Positions 27,427 through 36,990 of a DNA stretch of 40,275 nucleotides are shown here, piece by piece. Position 1 is the first letter of the stretch, and each line of letters opens with the position of its first letter. Source of the DNA: Sulfolobales archaeon (lineage in GTDB: Archaea > Thermoproteota > Thermoprotei_A > Sulfolobales > NBVN01). The notes under the pieces are model-generated. The model was not told the DNA's origin, ran no database searches, and saw nothing but the letters and a program-made list of their open reading frames with translations. The DNA is taken from positions 1 to 40,275 of the forward strand of contig JAWBTQ010000011.1 in assembly GCA_038841535.1 (NCBI GenBank), given 5' to 3'. Position numbers and translations under genes: made by a program.

Positions 27427-28110
27427 CTACTCACCCACTCTTAAAGCTTTCATTATCCTAATTATTTCGGGTCCCGTAGTTAGCTCACCTACTAAAGCTC
27501 CGTAGTTATTAGCTACGAGACCCGACTTGACAAAACCAATCCCGAAATTAACCGTCCCCACGTCGAACTCTACACCGAAAAATTCAGAAAGTTTTTTCAG
27601 GTCCTCGCTAGAGGCACTTGGGTGCACTATCCCACCTTTATCAGTAACTACAGCAGCAGAACCAACGGTAGGTATGCTGGCTATCGCCCCCAGCGCATAC
27701 AAGTTAGCACCGAGTAGCGATGCTATCCTTGATGCTATATCCTTATTAAGCTCTGGGTGGGCAAACATAGACCTTGAGTTGTGGAGTATGATGTTACCTA
27801 GAGCATTAAAATTAGATGTTTCAAGTACCTCGACTCTGATTCCAGAGTATTTGAGCTCATCGACCTCTTCGTCCCCGATTATGTCTGGTACTATAACTAC
27901 TTTACCGCGGGCTATAGAAAATATGCCGATTAGTGCCGTTCTCGCAATAGTTACTTCAACAACGTCTGTCACAGAAAGGACCTCCTTTGCCTTCTCTATA
28001 AAGTCCCTCTCAACCCCCTTGGGGGCAAGAACTACTTCATCTGTTGCTACAACATAAGTGCCTATGTGGGGGCTACCAAGAACTCTTGCTCTATCTATAG
28101 ACCCCCTCAT
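27427..28110 (-). CDS. eif6: Translation initiation factor 6 (aIF6)
   Basis: ALGNIIL, TVGSAAVVTDKGGIVHP, GTVNFG, TTGPE. Confidence 0.95.
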   Translation of the reverse strand: MRGSIDRARVLGSPHIGTYVVATDEVVLAPKGVERDFIEKAKEVLSVTDVVEVTIARTALIGIFSIARGKVVIVPDIIGDEEVDELKYSGIRVEVLETSNFNALGNIILHNSRSMFAHPELNKDIASRIASLLGANLYALGAIASIPTVGSAAVVTDKGGIVHPSASSEDLKKLSEFFGVEFDVGTVNFGIGFVKSGLVANNYGALVGELTTGPEIIRIMKALRVGE

Positions 28111-28397
28111 TGGGTGGACCCTTCAGAAGAAGGTGGTCTGATACGTAATGCAAGCGACGCTTTAACTACTTTTCCTTCCTGATCTATCTTCATGATGGCT
28201 ACTGCAACCCTCCTCGGAGGTTTATCGTACCTTCTACCAAACATATAACTATTTACAGAGTCGTCTAAAAGAACTTTCTCGGCTTTAGTATGTCTCCTGA
28301 CTAAGTCCTTAATGTACCTTATAGCCCTAGCAGCTCTCCTATATCTCCTCGTTCTGTAGAGCTTGGAGAGACTCACAATAAGTATGGATTCAGACAT
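28107..28397 (-). CDS. rpl31e: 50S ribosomal protein L31e
   Basis: RRAARAIRYIK...RH, VN...KPP. Confidence 0.93.
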   Translation of the reverse strand: MSESILIVSLSKLYRTRRYRRAARAIRYIKDLVRRHTKAEKVLLDDSVNSYMFGRRYDKPPRRVAVAIMKIDQEGKVVKASLALRIRPPSSEGSTQ

Positions 28398-28407
28398 TCT
28401 CCCACCT

Positions 28408-28566
28408 CTACACGTTCCCTAGCTTAGTTCTTCTCCAGTGTCTGAGCCTTGGCCTAAAGGGAATCCTCCTCCTAGTTTTGACTACTACCCAGATCGGTAT
28501 AGCTGAGTTCGACTTCGTCGCTTTAGCCAGCCTAAGCTTTTTCGCTACGTGCTTGTTTCTAGACAC
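28408..28566 (-). CDS. rpl39e: 50S ribosomal protein L39e (not in ORF track)
   Basis: Hand translation [52 protein letters not shown] (52 aa, GTG start). Confidence 0.96.
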   Translation of the reverse strand: MSRNKHVAKKLRLAKATKSNSAIPIWVVVKTRRRIPFRPRLRHWRRTKLGNV

Positions 28567-28568
28567 AC

Positions 28569-28931
28569 TCACTCACCTTTCCTCTTAACTCTGATCCTAA
28601 GCTCGCGCCTAGTCTTAGAATCAACTGTAGCTAAAATATCTCGGAGGGTGTCATCATCTACTACGCCCCCTAGCTGACCCGAAGAGTACATGCCTATAAG
28701 ATAGTCTTCAACGGCTCTAGCGAGCTCTGGCTTGACTAACTTAACGTTGGCTAGTCTCTCTCTAGCTTCTGGAGTTAGAATAACTCTAAGGATCGCCTGC
28801 CTCTGGGCTTCTCTAGCTGCCTCCTCCTCAGCTCTTCTACGCCTCTCCTCAGCTTCCACCAGCATTTGCTCCATTCTTCTCTTTTTAAGTTGCTCCAGTT
28901 CTTCATCACTATACTCGTAACTCACCCACAT
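28569..28931 (-). CDS. PDCD5-like DNA-binding protein
   Basis: [21 protein letters not shown]; canonical position between S19e and L39e. Confidence 0.93.
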   Translation of the reverse strand: MWVSYEYSDEELEQLKKRRMEQMLVEAEERRRRAEEEAAREAQRQAILRVILTPEARERLANVKLVKPELARAVEDYLIGMYSSGQLGGVVDDDTLRDILATVDSKTRRELRIRVKRKGE

Positions 28932-28934
28932 CCC

Positions 28935-29396
28935 CTACGGTCCGTACTTGGCTAATTCTGGTTTCTCCTTAACTATTTCAGTAAATACCTCATAGGCTAC
29001 TGAGCTAACTAGAGAGTGACCCTTGGGTGTTAAGACTCTGCCTCTGGGTGCCTTAGATACTAGTCCAGCTCTCTCAAGCTGCTGCAGTATCTTCCTTACG
29101 TGGTTCCTCGCACCTCTTCTAAAATGGGGTGGCGCAGAACCCCGCCTCCTTAAGCCACCATAAATAACGCTAAATGTGCCTAGACCTACTGGCTCTACAG
29201 ATATAGCCAGCTTCCTCAAAACACTTGCTGCTCTCAAATACCACCAATCTGGGTCTTCAGGACTGTTCTCTTTATGAACGCCTAGCTTAACAAGCTGAGC
29301 CCAAGACGGGGGTCTAACTTCTTTCACGTTCTCTTTTAGATACTCACTTAACCTCTTTACCAGAGCATCTGCCGGCACTTCCTTCGCTGTCACCAA
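28935..29396 (-). CDS. rps19e: 30S ribosomal protein S19e
   Basis: PPSWA, DWWYLRAASVLRK, RKILQQLE, GRVLTPKG. Confidence 0.96.
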   Translation of the reverse strand: MVTAKEVPADALVKRLSEYLKENVKEVRPPSWAQLVKLGVHKENSPEDPDWWYLRAASVLRKLAISVEPVGLGTFSVIYGGLRRRGSAPPHFRRGARNHVRKILQQLERAGLVSKAPRGRVLTPKGHSLVSSVAYEVFTEIVKEKPELAKYGP

Positions 29397-29599
29397 CTCC
29401 TAGACCCAACTCTAGGAGTTTAGTTAGTTAAAAGGCTTTCTATGGTTTCTGACGTAGTTTTGTAGCCTGCAGTAACAAGTCTACATAGAACTCTATACTA
29501 GACTAAGTGCACGTTAGATGATCAGGCCTTGAACGTCTTCATCCACCTGAGGTATGCTATGGGATTGAAGTGCCTGCGGGTTGATGATGCTCTTAGTTA

Positions 29600-30352
29600 T
29601 TAAGCTCTTGGAGCGATCCAGACGGATATTTTAGTGCCGTCCTCTAGTGGTGCATAGATCTTCAACGGAAGACTTGATCCGAACTCCAAACCTATAAGGT
29701 TCGCTACCGATAACGCAGGTAGCACAGTCCTCAAGTAGTCAACGTCGTACTTAGCACTGACTACAACCTCTCTCGATTCGAGCTGATAGAGAGGTTTATC
29801 GAGAGATAGCGACGTCTTGTACGACTTGCTTTCTGAAGCGCCTGAAACCTCTATGCTATTTTCACGAAATACTAGCTCTATCTCGTCTCCAACAATCTTT
29901 ACGTCCCTAATCAACTTCTTGAGGTCTTCGAGGGAGATTTGAAACCTGACGGGCAGCTCTACTTGTATAGGAGCAATTAGCTCTGTAACTGCCTCACTTA
30001 TCTCTATAGAGAACTCTCGCTCGACACCTGTCTTTATGTTAGTTAGTAGAAGCCTTACATATCTAGATGCTTTCTCGTATTGTAGAGTCACAGTATCCCG
30101 CTTACTAGCTCTCTTAATGCTTCTCAAGAAATCATCTCTAGAAAGAGCTAGAGTAGTATCTGACTCAACTTCTATGCTATCGAAAGAAGTACTCGGAATA
30201 AATACCTCTAACATCATGTTCTTATCAGGAGTTAGAGACCTAAGTTCGAGCCCCTCCGAGCTAACACGAATTGGAACTGCCTCTAGAGGCTTAACTACTC
30301 CAGAAAAGATCCTTTTGAACCTACTTCCATCACCATGAACCAACTTAAACAT
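29600..30352 (-). CDS. pcn: DNA polymerase sliding clamp (second PCNA paralogue)
   Basis: GLELRSLTPDK, AKYDVDYL, FGSSLPLK and C-terminal WIAPRA. Confidence 0.92.
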   Translation of the reverse strand: MFKLVHGDGSRFKRIFSGVVKPLEAVPIRVSSEGLELRSLTPDKNMMLEVFIPSTSFDSIEVESDTTLALSRDDFLRSIKRASKRDTVTLQYEKASRYVRLLLTNIKTGVEREFSIEISEAVTELIAPIQVELPVRFQISLEDLKKLIRDVKIVGDEIELVFRENSIEVSGASESKSYKTSLSLDKPLYQLESREVVVSAKYDVDYLRTVLPALSVANLIGLEFGSSLPLKIYAPLEDGTKISVWIAPRA

Positions 30353-30502
30353 CGCTACACCTAAACGCTACTGCAATACAGAGTAATAAAAGCGGAATAT
30401 ATGATAATGACTCAAATTTACGTTATTAAATGGTGAGAGCAGAGCTCCCAGAAGAAAGCGTACCTTAAGCTATGAAAGCTTGCTGAACCCCGAAAAGGTA
30501 TA

Positions 30503-30682
30503 CTAAACTGCTTCTACCTTAGTTGGGCTACTTTTTCTTGCCTTAACTACTAGTTTTGAACCACATACCGGACAGCGTATAAAGGCGTAGCCCTCCCTTA
30601 GTGCCTTTTCACTAAATGGTTCGAGCTCCTGCTTTCCAAAGATTTTACCGCAAACCCAGCACTTGTAGTATACAGACGACAT
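30503..30682 (-). CDS. rpoP: RNA polymerase subunit Rpo12/RpoP-like zinc-ribbon protein (not in ORF track)
   Basis: Hand translation MSSVYYKCWVCGKIFGKQELEPFSEKALREGYAFIRCPVCGSKLVVKARKSSPTKVEAV: YKC..CGK.F, IRCP.CG.K...K.R and C-terminal V.AV match Rpo12. Confidence 0.75.
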   Translation of the reverse strand: MSSVYYKCWVCGKIFGKQELEPFSEKALREGYAFIRCPVCGSKLVVKARKSSPTKVEAV

Positions 30683-30795
30683 ATTCGACCGTTCCTTTAA
30701 AATTACTCTATAGACACATAAAAAGCTTTCATACTTGAGGAGTATTGCTCTAAACCAGTACCTAGTTCATGGGTGTACTAGACTACACCAGCACT

Positions 30796-32040
30796 TTACG
30801 GACAGCTGTCGAGCTTTCTTAACTCAGTTGCGAGTCTTTCGACTAGTTCCCCGATTTTCTTCTTATCTTCGGGTGTAGGCTGAGACCTAGTCGCTATAAC
30901 TGGTTCGATTATTTGGAAACCTGACTTACTTAGAGCTTCAATAGCTTCCTTAGCTGATGAGCCCCACGAAAACGTGTTCAAGATCGCTGCCAGCCTCCCT
31001 CTTCCAAGCTGTTTGATATAGAAGTAGTTCATGACCTCCCTTACAGGCGGAAAAACTGAGGCGTCGTATGTGGGAAAGGCGAACACTACCGCACCCGAGT
31101 TCCATGTAAGGTATAAAGTGTAGGATGGGTGCACTCTAGCGGCGTCTATCAAATCAACAGTAATTCCACTCTTCTCGAGGGCTTCCGCTACTGACTTGAC
31201 TATCTCCTCAGCTCTTCCATACATAGACCCGTACACTATGGACGCTTTAGCGCAAACTTTAGGCTGGGACAGATCTCTATACAACGCTACTATACTGTCA
31301 ATGTGCTTTAAGTATATCGGTCCGTGAGATGGTGCAAGCACGCTAATCTTCAGTCCAAGCTTCTCGATTTTATTAATAGCGTCTAGGACGTTCTTCGAAT
31401 ACTTAGATACTATATTAGAGAAGTATCTCTTAGCTTCCTCGATATAGTAACTAAGCTCTACTTCGTCATCAAATATCCCTCGAGTGAGGGCACCGTAGGA
31501 ACCAAAGGCGTCACAGCTAAATAGCACACCGTCTTCCTCTAGATATGTCATCATAGTCTCCGGCCAGTGAAGCCATGGTGTATGTATAAATCTGAGGGTC
31601 TTGTCTCCTAAGCTAACTAGGTCCCCGTCTCTTACCTCCACTATTCTGTCTTTGGGGATTGCGTATAGAGACTCCACGATCTTAGCTCCAGTCGGGGAAA
31701 TGAGTATTTGTGCGTTCTCAGCTAGACTAAGAAGCCTTGGAGTCGATGCGTGATGATCGGGCTCTAAGTGATTGATTACTATGTACTTAATTTTTCTTAG
31801 ATCTCCAACTACCCTCCAGATTTTTCCGATGTACTCATAGGTTAGATGCTCGTCAACCCCGTCGACTATTGCTACGCTGTTAGCTCCGATAACAGCATAC
31901 GCGTTATAAGATATCCCCCCAGGTATGGGCCATAGAGACTCAAACAGGTCCTTAACGCAATCATTAGCTCCAACCCAATACACTCTAGGAACGATCTGTC
32001 TAGGTTCCGAGTAAATCCCCTTCAGGTTGGAGCAATCCAC
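30796..32040 (-). CDS. fprA: Flavodiiron protein (FprA, O2/NO reductase)
   Basis: SYNAY, NHLEPDH, PWLHWPE, FSCDAFG, APSHG and flavodoxin domain YGSMYG. Confidence 0.94.
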   Translation of the reverse strand: MDCSNLKGIYSEPRQIVPRVYWVGANDCVKDLFESLWPIPGGISYNAYAVIGANSVAIVDGVDEHLTYEYIGKIWRVVGDLRKIKYIVINHLEPDHHASTPRLLSLAENAQILISPTGAKIVESLYAIPKDRIVEVRDGDLVSLGDKTLRFIHTPWLHWPETMMTYLEEDGVLFSCDAFGSYGALTRGIFDDEVELSYYIEEAKRYFSNIVSKYSKNVLDAINKIEKLGLKISVLAPSHGPIYLKHIDSIVALYRDLSQPKVCAKASIVYGSMYGRAEEIVKSVAEALEKSGITVDLIDAARVHPSYTLYLTWNSGAVVFAFPTYDASVFPPVREVMNYFYIKQLGRGRLAAILNTFSWGSSAKEAIEALSKSGFQIIEPVIATRSQPTPEDKKKIGELVERLATELRKLDSCP

Positions 32041-32112
32041 ACCGCGCTACCTCTGGAATACTCTCTCAATCTATTAAATAACTTGCGGGTTGCGCTAAGT
32101 CCACGGCGGCCA

Positions 32113-32170
32113 ATCATTAAACTAATCACTCTAGGCAATGGAAACTCCGAACATTGATCACTTTAATGAT
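32113..32170. promoter_or_regulatory. 16-bp inverted repeat pair in the fprA/ABC divergent promoter
   Basis: ATCATTAAACTAATCA (32113-32128) and TGATCACTTTAATGAT (32155-32170), 14/16 reverse-complementary, 26-bp spacer. Confidence 0.55.
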
Positions 32171-32218
32171 ATCCAGCTTATTATGTGGAATTCGTAACAA
32201 GTATAGTGTGGGTAATCC

Positions 32219-33220
32219 GTGAGCGACATCATAGTAGCAGATAACTTAGTCAAGAGGTTTGCTACTAAGAAGCGCATAGGGCTCTTCCGGAGCTATTCTG
32301 AGAGTATTGAAGCTCTCAGAGGGGTCTCATTCAGAGTAAGAAACAAGGAGGTAGTCGGTCTTTTAGGTCCTAACGGTGCTGGTAAGACTACAACTATTAA
32401 GATATTGTCAACGTTGCTTCTACCTGATTCTGGTTACGCAACGGTCTGTGGTTACGACGTAGTACGAGAAGCTCAAAAAGTCCGCAAAGTAATTGGAATA
32501 ATGCTCTCAGTAGAGAAAGGATTTTACGGGAGACTTACCGGAAGGGAGAATCTCGTATACTTCGGCTCTCTTTATGGTATGGAAAAACGGGAACTTGAAA
32601 GAAGAGTCGACTTTCTTCTAGAACTCGTTGGACTTAAGGACTTGGGTGGAAGCGATAGACTTTATGAGGAGTATAGCCTCGGTATGAAGGCTAGACTAGC
32701 GCTAGCTAGAGCTTTACTAAAAGATCCACCAGTGTTATTGCTTGACGAACCTACTCTAGGTCTCGATCCACCATCGGCTAGAAGGATTAGAAGCCTCGTA
32801 AGGGAGCTCGCTTCTAGTGAGGATAAGGCGGTGCTATACACATCGCACAACATGTTCGAAGTAGAGCTCGTATGCGATAGAATAGTACTTATAAACAGGG
32901 GTGTGATTGTTGCTGACGGAACCCCGGAGGAACTTAAAAGTAGACTCCCCAGCATACGTACTTTAGAACTCTACCTCAAGAAGGTTCCAGAGGGTCTCGT
33001 TGATGAAATTAGGAGTTTTGGTCTAGAAACCAGAGAACCTCTACAAACTCCTGATGGTTTATACGTCCTCAAGGTACTAGCTAAAAAACCTGAAGAAGTA
33101 GTTGACGACATCTTGAGAGTTACTGTTTCTAAAGGTGTAGATGTCGTAAGACTCAAGATCGAGGAACCTACTCTCGAAGACGTCTTTGTCTACTTTACCG
33201 ATAGAGGTGTTAAAGATTAA
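32219..33220 (+). CDS. ABC-2 type exporter ATP-binding protein
   Basis: Walker A GPNGAGKTT, signature YSLGM, Walker B LLLDEPT, H-loop TSH, tail PTLEDVF. Confidence 0.95.
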   Translation: MSDIIVADNLVKRFATKKRIGLFRSYSESIEALRGVSFRVRNKEVVGLLGPNGAGKTTTIKILSTLLLPDSGYATVCGYDVVREAQKVRKVIGIMLSVEKGFYGRLTGRENLVYFGSLYGMEKRELERRVDFLLELVGLKDLGGSDRLYEEYSLGMKARLALARALLKDPPVLLLDEPTLGLDPPSARRIRSLVRELASSEDKAVLYTSHNMFEVELVCDRIVLINRGVIVADGTPEELKSRLPSIRTLELYLKKVPEGLVDEIRSFGLETREPLQTPDGLYVLKVLAKKPEEVVDDILRVTVSKGVDVVRLKIEEPTLEDVFVYFTDRGVKD

Positions 33221-34025
33221 GAACTTACTCAGGTTAGTTAGAGCTGAAATGATGCTTATATATGCTGACTTCTTTAGGAGAAGGATGGTTATGATTACTT
33301 ACTTGGCTTGGCCCTACATGACGACTATATTTATGCTAATGATAGGGTACGCTGTCGGCTCTCCACGAACTTTTGCTGAGAGAGTTGGAGTTGATCCCCT
33401 ACTGTTCCTAATAGTTGGTAGTTACCTTCTTTTCTCTAGCATGTCAGTAGTAGACGATATAATGTGGAGACCGATTTTCGATGAAAACGCCGGGACATTG
33501 CCTTACATTATGTCAAGTCCGACGGGAGTCGTGTTGCACTACGTATCCATACCTATACCAAGGTTTGTTTTGTCTTTAGTTCTTGGTATAACAACGCTCT
33601 TTCCAGTGCTTGCAGCCTTCAGGGGTCTTAGCGGGGTTTTGGTAGGGATGGTCGTTGTGGCTATATCCATAGTATCTGTAGCCACGTTCGTGCCTCTAGC
33701 AACAGCTTTAGGTTTGGGGCTCTATATTGCTGGGGGTGAAAACTGGAGAGCGATAAACTTCTTGAGGCCCCTGCTCCTCATTTTGATGGGAGTGTACTAT
33801 CCGAGGTGGCTAATGAGTCTACCTCTCTACATAGTTTCTTCTCTACTTCCTCCAGCTCACTGTATTGAGGTAGTTCAAAAAATCGTGGTTGGTCTAGTGG
33901 AGATACCAGCTATTACGATTTCACTAGCTCTAGCACTAACTCTAGGCTTAGTATATAGTCCGGGGATGCTGCGAGCCGCGAGAGCATGGGAGCTAAGAAA
34001 ACTCGGGGAGGGAGTTAAGACGTGA
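33186..34025 (+). CDS. ABC-2 type exporter permease
   Basis: About 6 TM, ENAGTLPYIMSSP and GVYYP motifs; start uncertain. Confidence 0.88.
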   Translation: MSTLPIEVLKIKNLLRLVRAEMMLIYADFFRRRMVMITYLAWPYMTTIFMLMIGYAVGSPRTFAERVGVDPLLFLIVGSYLLFSSMSVVDDIMWRPIFDENAGTLPYIMSSPTGVVLHYVSIPIPRFVLSLVLGITTLFPVLAAFRGLSGVLVGMVVVAISIVSVATFVPLATALGLGLYIAGGENWRAINFLRPLLLILMGVYYPRWLMSLPLYIVSSLLPPAHCIEVVQKIVVGLVEIPAITISLALALTLGLVYSPGMLRAARAWELRKLGEGVKT

Positions 34026-34828
34026 GAGACCTGATAAGGTCAGCTAAGGCTGTCTTAGTAGCGTATTTTATTGGAGAACTAGTGAGGAGTAAGGGTCTTA
34101 CCTACGGCCTACTCTCACTTGCCGTATGGTTATCTATGTTCATAGTTCCAGCATCACTTTTCGTTAAAGGTGGGATGGAGAGCTCTTTATCGGCTGGTGT
34201 TTTAATTGGTTCAGCTATATTCTTAGCATATAGTACGGCGACTTGGGATTGGGCTGTACTACTAAGATGGTTGATGCAGTTGGGAATCCTTGAGTATGTG
34301 GTTGCTTCAGGTAGCTCCATATTTTCACACTACCTAGGGACAGTGCCCGTATCTGTAGCATGGTACTCTATGGCTTTAACTATAGCATACGCCATAGTCA
34401 GTGTCTTCCTGGGACCACCTAAAGTAGTCTTAGTAGACCCAGTAGCTTTCGCAATTGGAGTGCTCTCACTACTAATAGTTCTTATGGCATACTCCTTCAT
34501 ATTAGGTGGAACTCTTCTAGCCGCTGGAACTGCTGGACCTATCGTAGAGTTTATCGGATGGATACTCCCAATAGCGACTGGGGGTCTCACTCCACTAGCC
34601 TTTATGCCTAAACCGCTTCAAGTATTAGCTTACTCAACACCGTTTAGCTATCCTGCTGAACTTCTCCGATACTCTCTTGGCGTGTCAAACCCTGTGCTGG
34701 AGCCTAGTCTAGTAATCTTTATTGGAGCTGCTTATTCCATGGTTTTTCTCGGACTTTCATCAATTTATCTCAAGTACCAGATTAGAAGAATGCTGAAGGA
34801 GGGAGTTCGATCAGCAGCCTTATTTTAA
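34022..34828 (+). CDS. ABC-2 type exporter permease (second)
   Basis: About 6 TM, GILEYV, PFSYPAELLR; GTGA overlap. Confidence 0.88.
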   Translation: MRDLIRSAKAVLVAYFIGELVRSKGLTYGLLSLAVWLSMFIVPASLFVKGGMESSLSAGVLIGSAIFLAYSTATWDWAVLLRWLMQLGILEYVVASGSSIFSHYLGTVPVSVAWYSMALTIAYAIVSVFLGPPKVVLVDPVAFAIGVLSLLIVLMAYSFILGGTLLAAGTAGPIVEFIGWILPIATGGLTPLAFMPKPLQVLAYSTPFSYPAELLRYSLGVSNPVLEPSLVIFIGAAYSMVFLGLSSIYLKYQIRRMLKEGVRSAALF

Positions 34829-34929
34829 GGGGTTCAGCCTAACGCAACTGCTTCGGGTTTCATATCTCTTCATATTGGTTGATGTATATGGAAACTCTTA
34901 TAGGTGTCTCTTACACATCGGTACTCGGA

Positions 34930-35110
34930 AGTGGTCTCGATGAGGGGTCGAGAGCTCTGTAGATCGGCTCTCCCTGAGTTACTCAAGATGTAGGGGTATA
35001 GGGGGTGCCCCCGAAAGCTCCCGAGGCTGAAGCAGACTCAGGAGCGACGTGGAGGAAAGATGTGGGGATGACACCATTCAGAATAAACAAGCACTAGAGC
35101 TGAACCCCCG
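34930..35110 (+). mobile_element. Degenerate tnpB 3' end / omega-RNA region
   Basis: Reads RELCRSALPELLKM*G (cf. TnpB RD..A..NLLKMWG), then AGATGTAGGGGTATAGGGGGTGCCCCCGAAAGCTCCC, a G-rich/CCCCGAAAG pattern recalled from crenarchaeal tnpB tails, then an A/C-rich tail. Confidence 0.55.
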
Positions 35111-35296
35111 CTTTGTGTTCAGGTTTAGTGTTAGAAAAGCTCTATTCACGCAGATTATACTCCGCATCAAATAAAGCGCTCGCGACATAGATCACTATCG
35201 ATGTACTTTAAGTGAATTACCTCCTACTCAAGTTTTTGGTGTTCTCACAGCGACTAGGACCTCGAAATTACGAGATTACATTAATCAGCATACCGG

Positions 35297-35738
35297 CGAC
35301 TCTAGGTTCTCTAGACTCATGACCGTAAGGGTGTGTGAGCTCGGAAAACTGCTACACGAAAAACGCCTGAAGTGGCATCACCTGGTTTTCCGGGAAACAA
35401 AGCTAAGGTTGTCGGGCTTCAAGCTCTCTCCAAGCTAATTGAATACGTGTACCACCATGGAGTTGGTGTAGCTGTGTTCGAGGACCTCGGTAGAATCAAG
35501 TGTAGAGAATTCACTGCATCTCCCACAGCCAATAGAAAGATGTCCAGGTATGCGAAGAGACAACTACTAACCCACGCAGTAATCAAGAGCCTGAGATACG
35601 GGTTAAAACCTGTCCTAGTGGATCCCAGGAACCTCCAGCTCGCAGGAGCATCGCTTCATGGAGAGGTACGGTCTAGATAGACACACCGCATCAGCATACA
35701 TCATAGCACTCAGATACCTTCAAATGAAAAGACCATGA
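35297..35738 (+). pseudogene. tnpB: Frameshifted, 5'-truncated TnpB-related RuvC nuclease pseudogene
   Basis: PEVASPGFPGNKA...VAVFEDL...ANRKMSRYAKRQLL...VLVDPR, then after a frameshift near 35628 GTSSSQEHRFMERYGLDRHTASAYIIALRYL. A further shift lies near 35365. Confidence 0.8.
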
Positions 35739-35826
35739 ACAACCGCAAAGCATACAAACAACCAGAATAAACATCAAAAAGAAAACAGCCCACTCTTCAG
35801 TGTGGCAAGGAGTCAGGAGCTCGGTA

Positions 35827-36195
35827 TCAGCATGCTTCAAACTCTAAGCCCAAGTCTCTGAGTATTTCGGTTATTTCCTCGGTCTTAACTCTCTTATCGA
35901 ACACTATCGTAACCTTCTTAATCTTGTTGACTTCGAGCTTTATCTTATCTACTGTCACTTTCCCGGTTAACATATCTGCTTCGTTTTTTCTAGGAGCTAT
36001 GTACTCCTTGTATTTCTTGCGGATGTACTCATAGAAGGCATCGAAATTTTCAAGTATCCTAATGGAATCCTCTATGTCTTCGTAAAAACCTCTTTTCTGT
36101 CTCAAGAGTTTAAGAACGCGCAAAGCGTTTTCAAGACTCAGCTCTAGGTGGATATAACCAAGTTGCTTACTCAGCTTAACCCTTACTGAATTCAT
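35827..36195 (-). CDS. Hypothetical protein (crenarchaeal-type)
   Basis: 122-aa ATG ORF with protein-like charge pattern; NFDAFYEY and IVFDKRV segments resemble a conserved uncharacterised family (recalled, not searched). Confidence 0.8.
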   Translation of the reverse strand: MNSVRVKLSKQLGYIHLELSLENALRVLKLLRQKRGFYEDIEDSIRILENFDAFYEYIRKKYKEYIAPRKNEADMLTGKVTVDKIKLEVNKIKKVTIVFDKRVKTEEITEILRDLGLEFEAC

Positions 36196-36435
36196 CGGCT
36201 ACGCCTACACATGAATATTCGCTGGAAATTATTATGCGTAAGTGAGTAAGCATGCCACAACTTAGGAATCGCTAGGTAGTAGTTTGTTAGCTAGGTGCTT
36301 CCTGGAAGCTAGCTTAACTAAATAATCGAAGCGACTCAGGTTTTGTATGGAGACGACTCTTCGAAGTTACTGTTAGACTGAGTGATATACACCAATTCTA
36401 AGTGAAAACCTTCGCGTAAGATTTTGTAAAGTAAG

Positions 36436-36990
36436 TTAGGGTAGCTTAACTATCGCGCTCCTCCCTAGAGGATCCTCTAAAACTAAAGTAAAGTCTATTT
36501 CTCCTTTAAGTGCTCTACCTACTTCCTCTAGCTTTCTCTGACATTCCTCACTACCCTCTTGACATATTCCTAAAAGTAAGTCTACTACGTTTTCAAGTAT
36601 TCCTCTAGCCGTTGTGATGTATCCCTGTGCTGCCGGTCCGGGAGTTATCTCGATCCCCAGTTCTGGTATGATTACAGTAGCTGACGAAGACTTAACTAAA
36701 AGGTAGTCACTGGACTCCCCGGATATCTTAACTTCAAGCCTCCTTGGTTCTCCGTACTCAGCGAGATATACGTCTCTATAGGTGTAACCACAGCTAGAGC
36801 ACTTACCAGCTTCGAGGACAAGTTTGCCAAAGAATTCTGCATATGTAATATACGCAGTTATTTTTAGGTTATGGCTACCACACATAGGGCATCTTACTGT
36901 TTCCTCAAACAGAGTTCTGGGAGAGCTCTGACCCCCTACTTCAAGTTCGTTCCCCCTTAAACGATTTTCAAGCACCATAAGAGATGTCAC
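36436..36990 (-). CDS. ZPR1-type zinc-finger protein
   Basis: CPMCG...CSSCGY, VKSSSATVIIPELGIEITPGPAAQGYITT, LVLEDPLGRS. Confidence 0.93.
   Translation of the reverse strand: MTSLMVLENRLRGNELEVGGQSSPRTLFEETVRCPMCGSHNLKITAYITYAEFFGKLVLEAGKCSSCGYTYRDVYLAEYGEPRRLEVKISGESSDYLLVKSSSATVIIPELGIEITPGPAAQGYITTARGILENVVDLLLGICQEGSEECQRKLEEVGRALKGEIDFTLVLEDPLGRSAIVKLP

Noticed and set aside
29515-29560. GGATGA-N13-CTGA on the minus strand as a C/D-box sRNA
   Set aside because: Only one box pair and no convincing target.
3732-30352. Two PCNA genes as an unusual duplication
   Set aside because: Thermoprotei normally encode up to three PCNA paralogues forming a heterotrimer.
36287-36318. Imperfect hairpin between ZPR1 and the hypothetical gene; also CACTAT-aa-ATAGTG near 21493
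   Set aside because: Short palindromes expected by chance in a CTAG/AGCT-rich genome.
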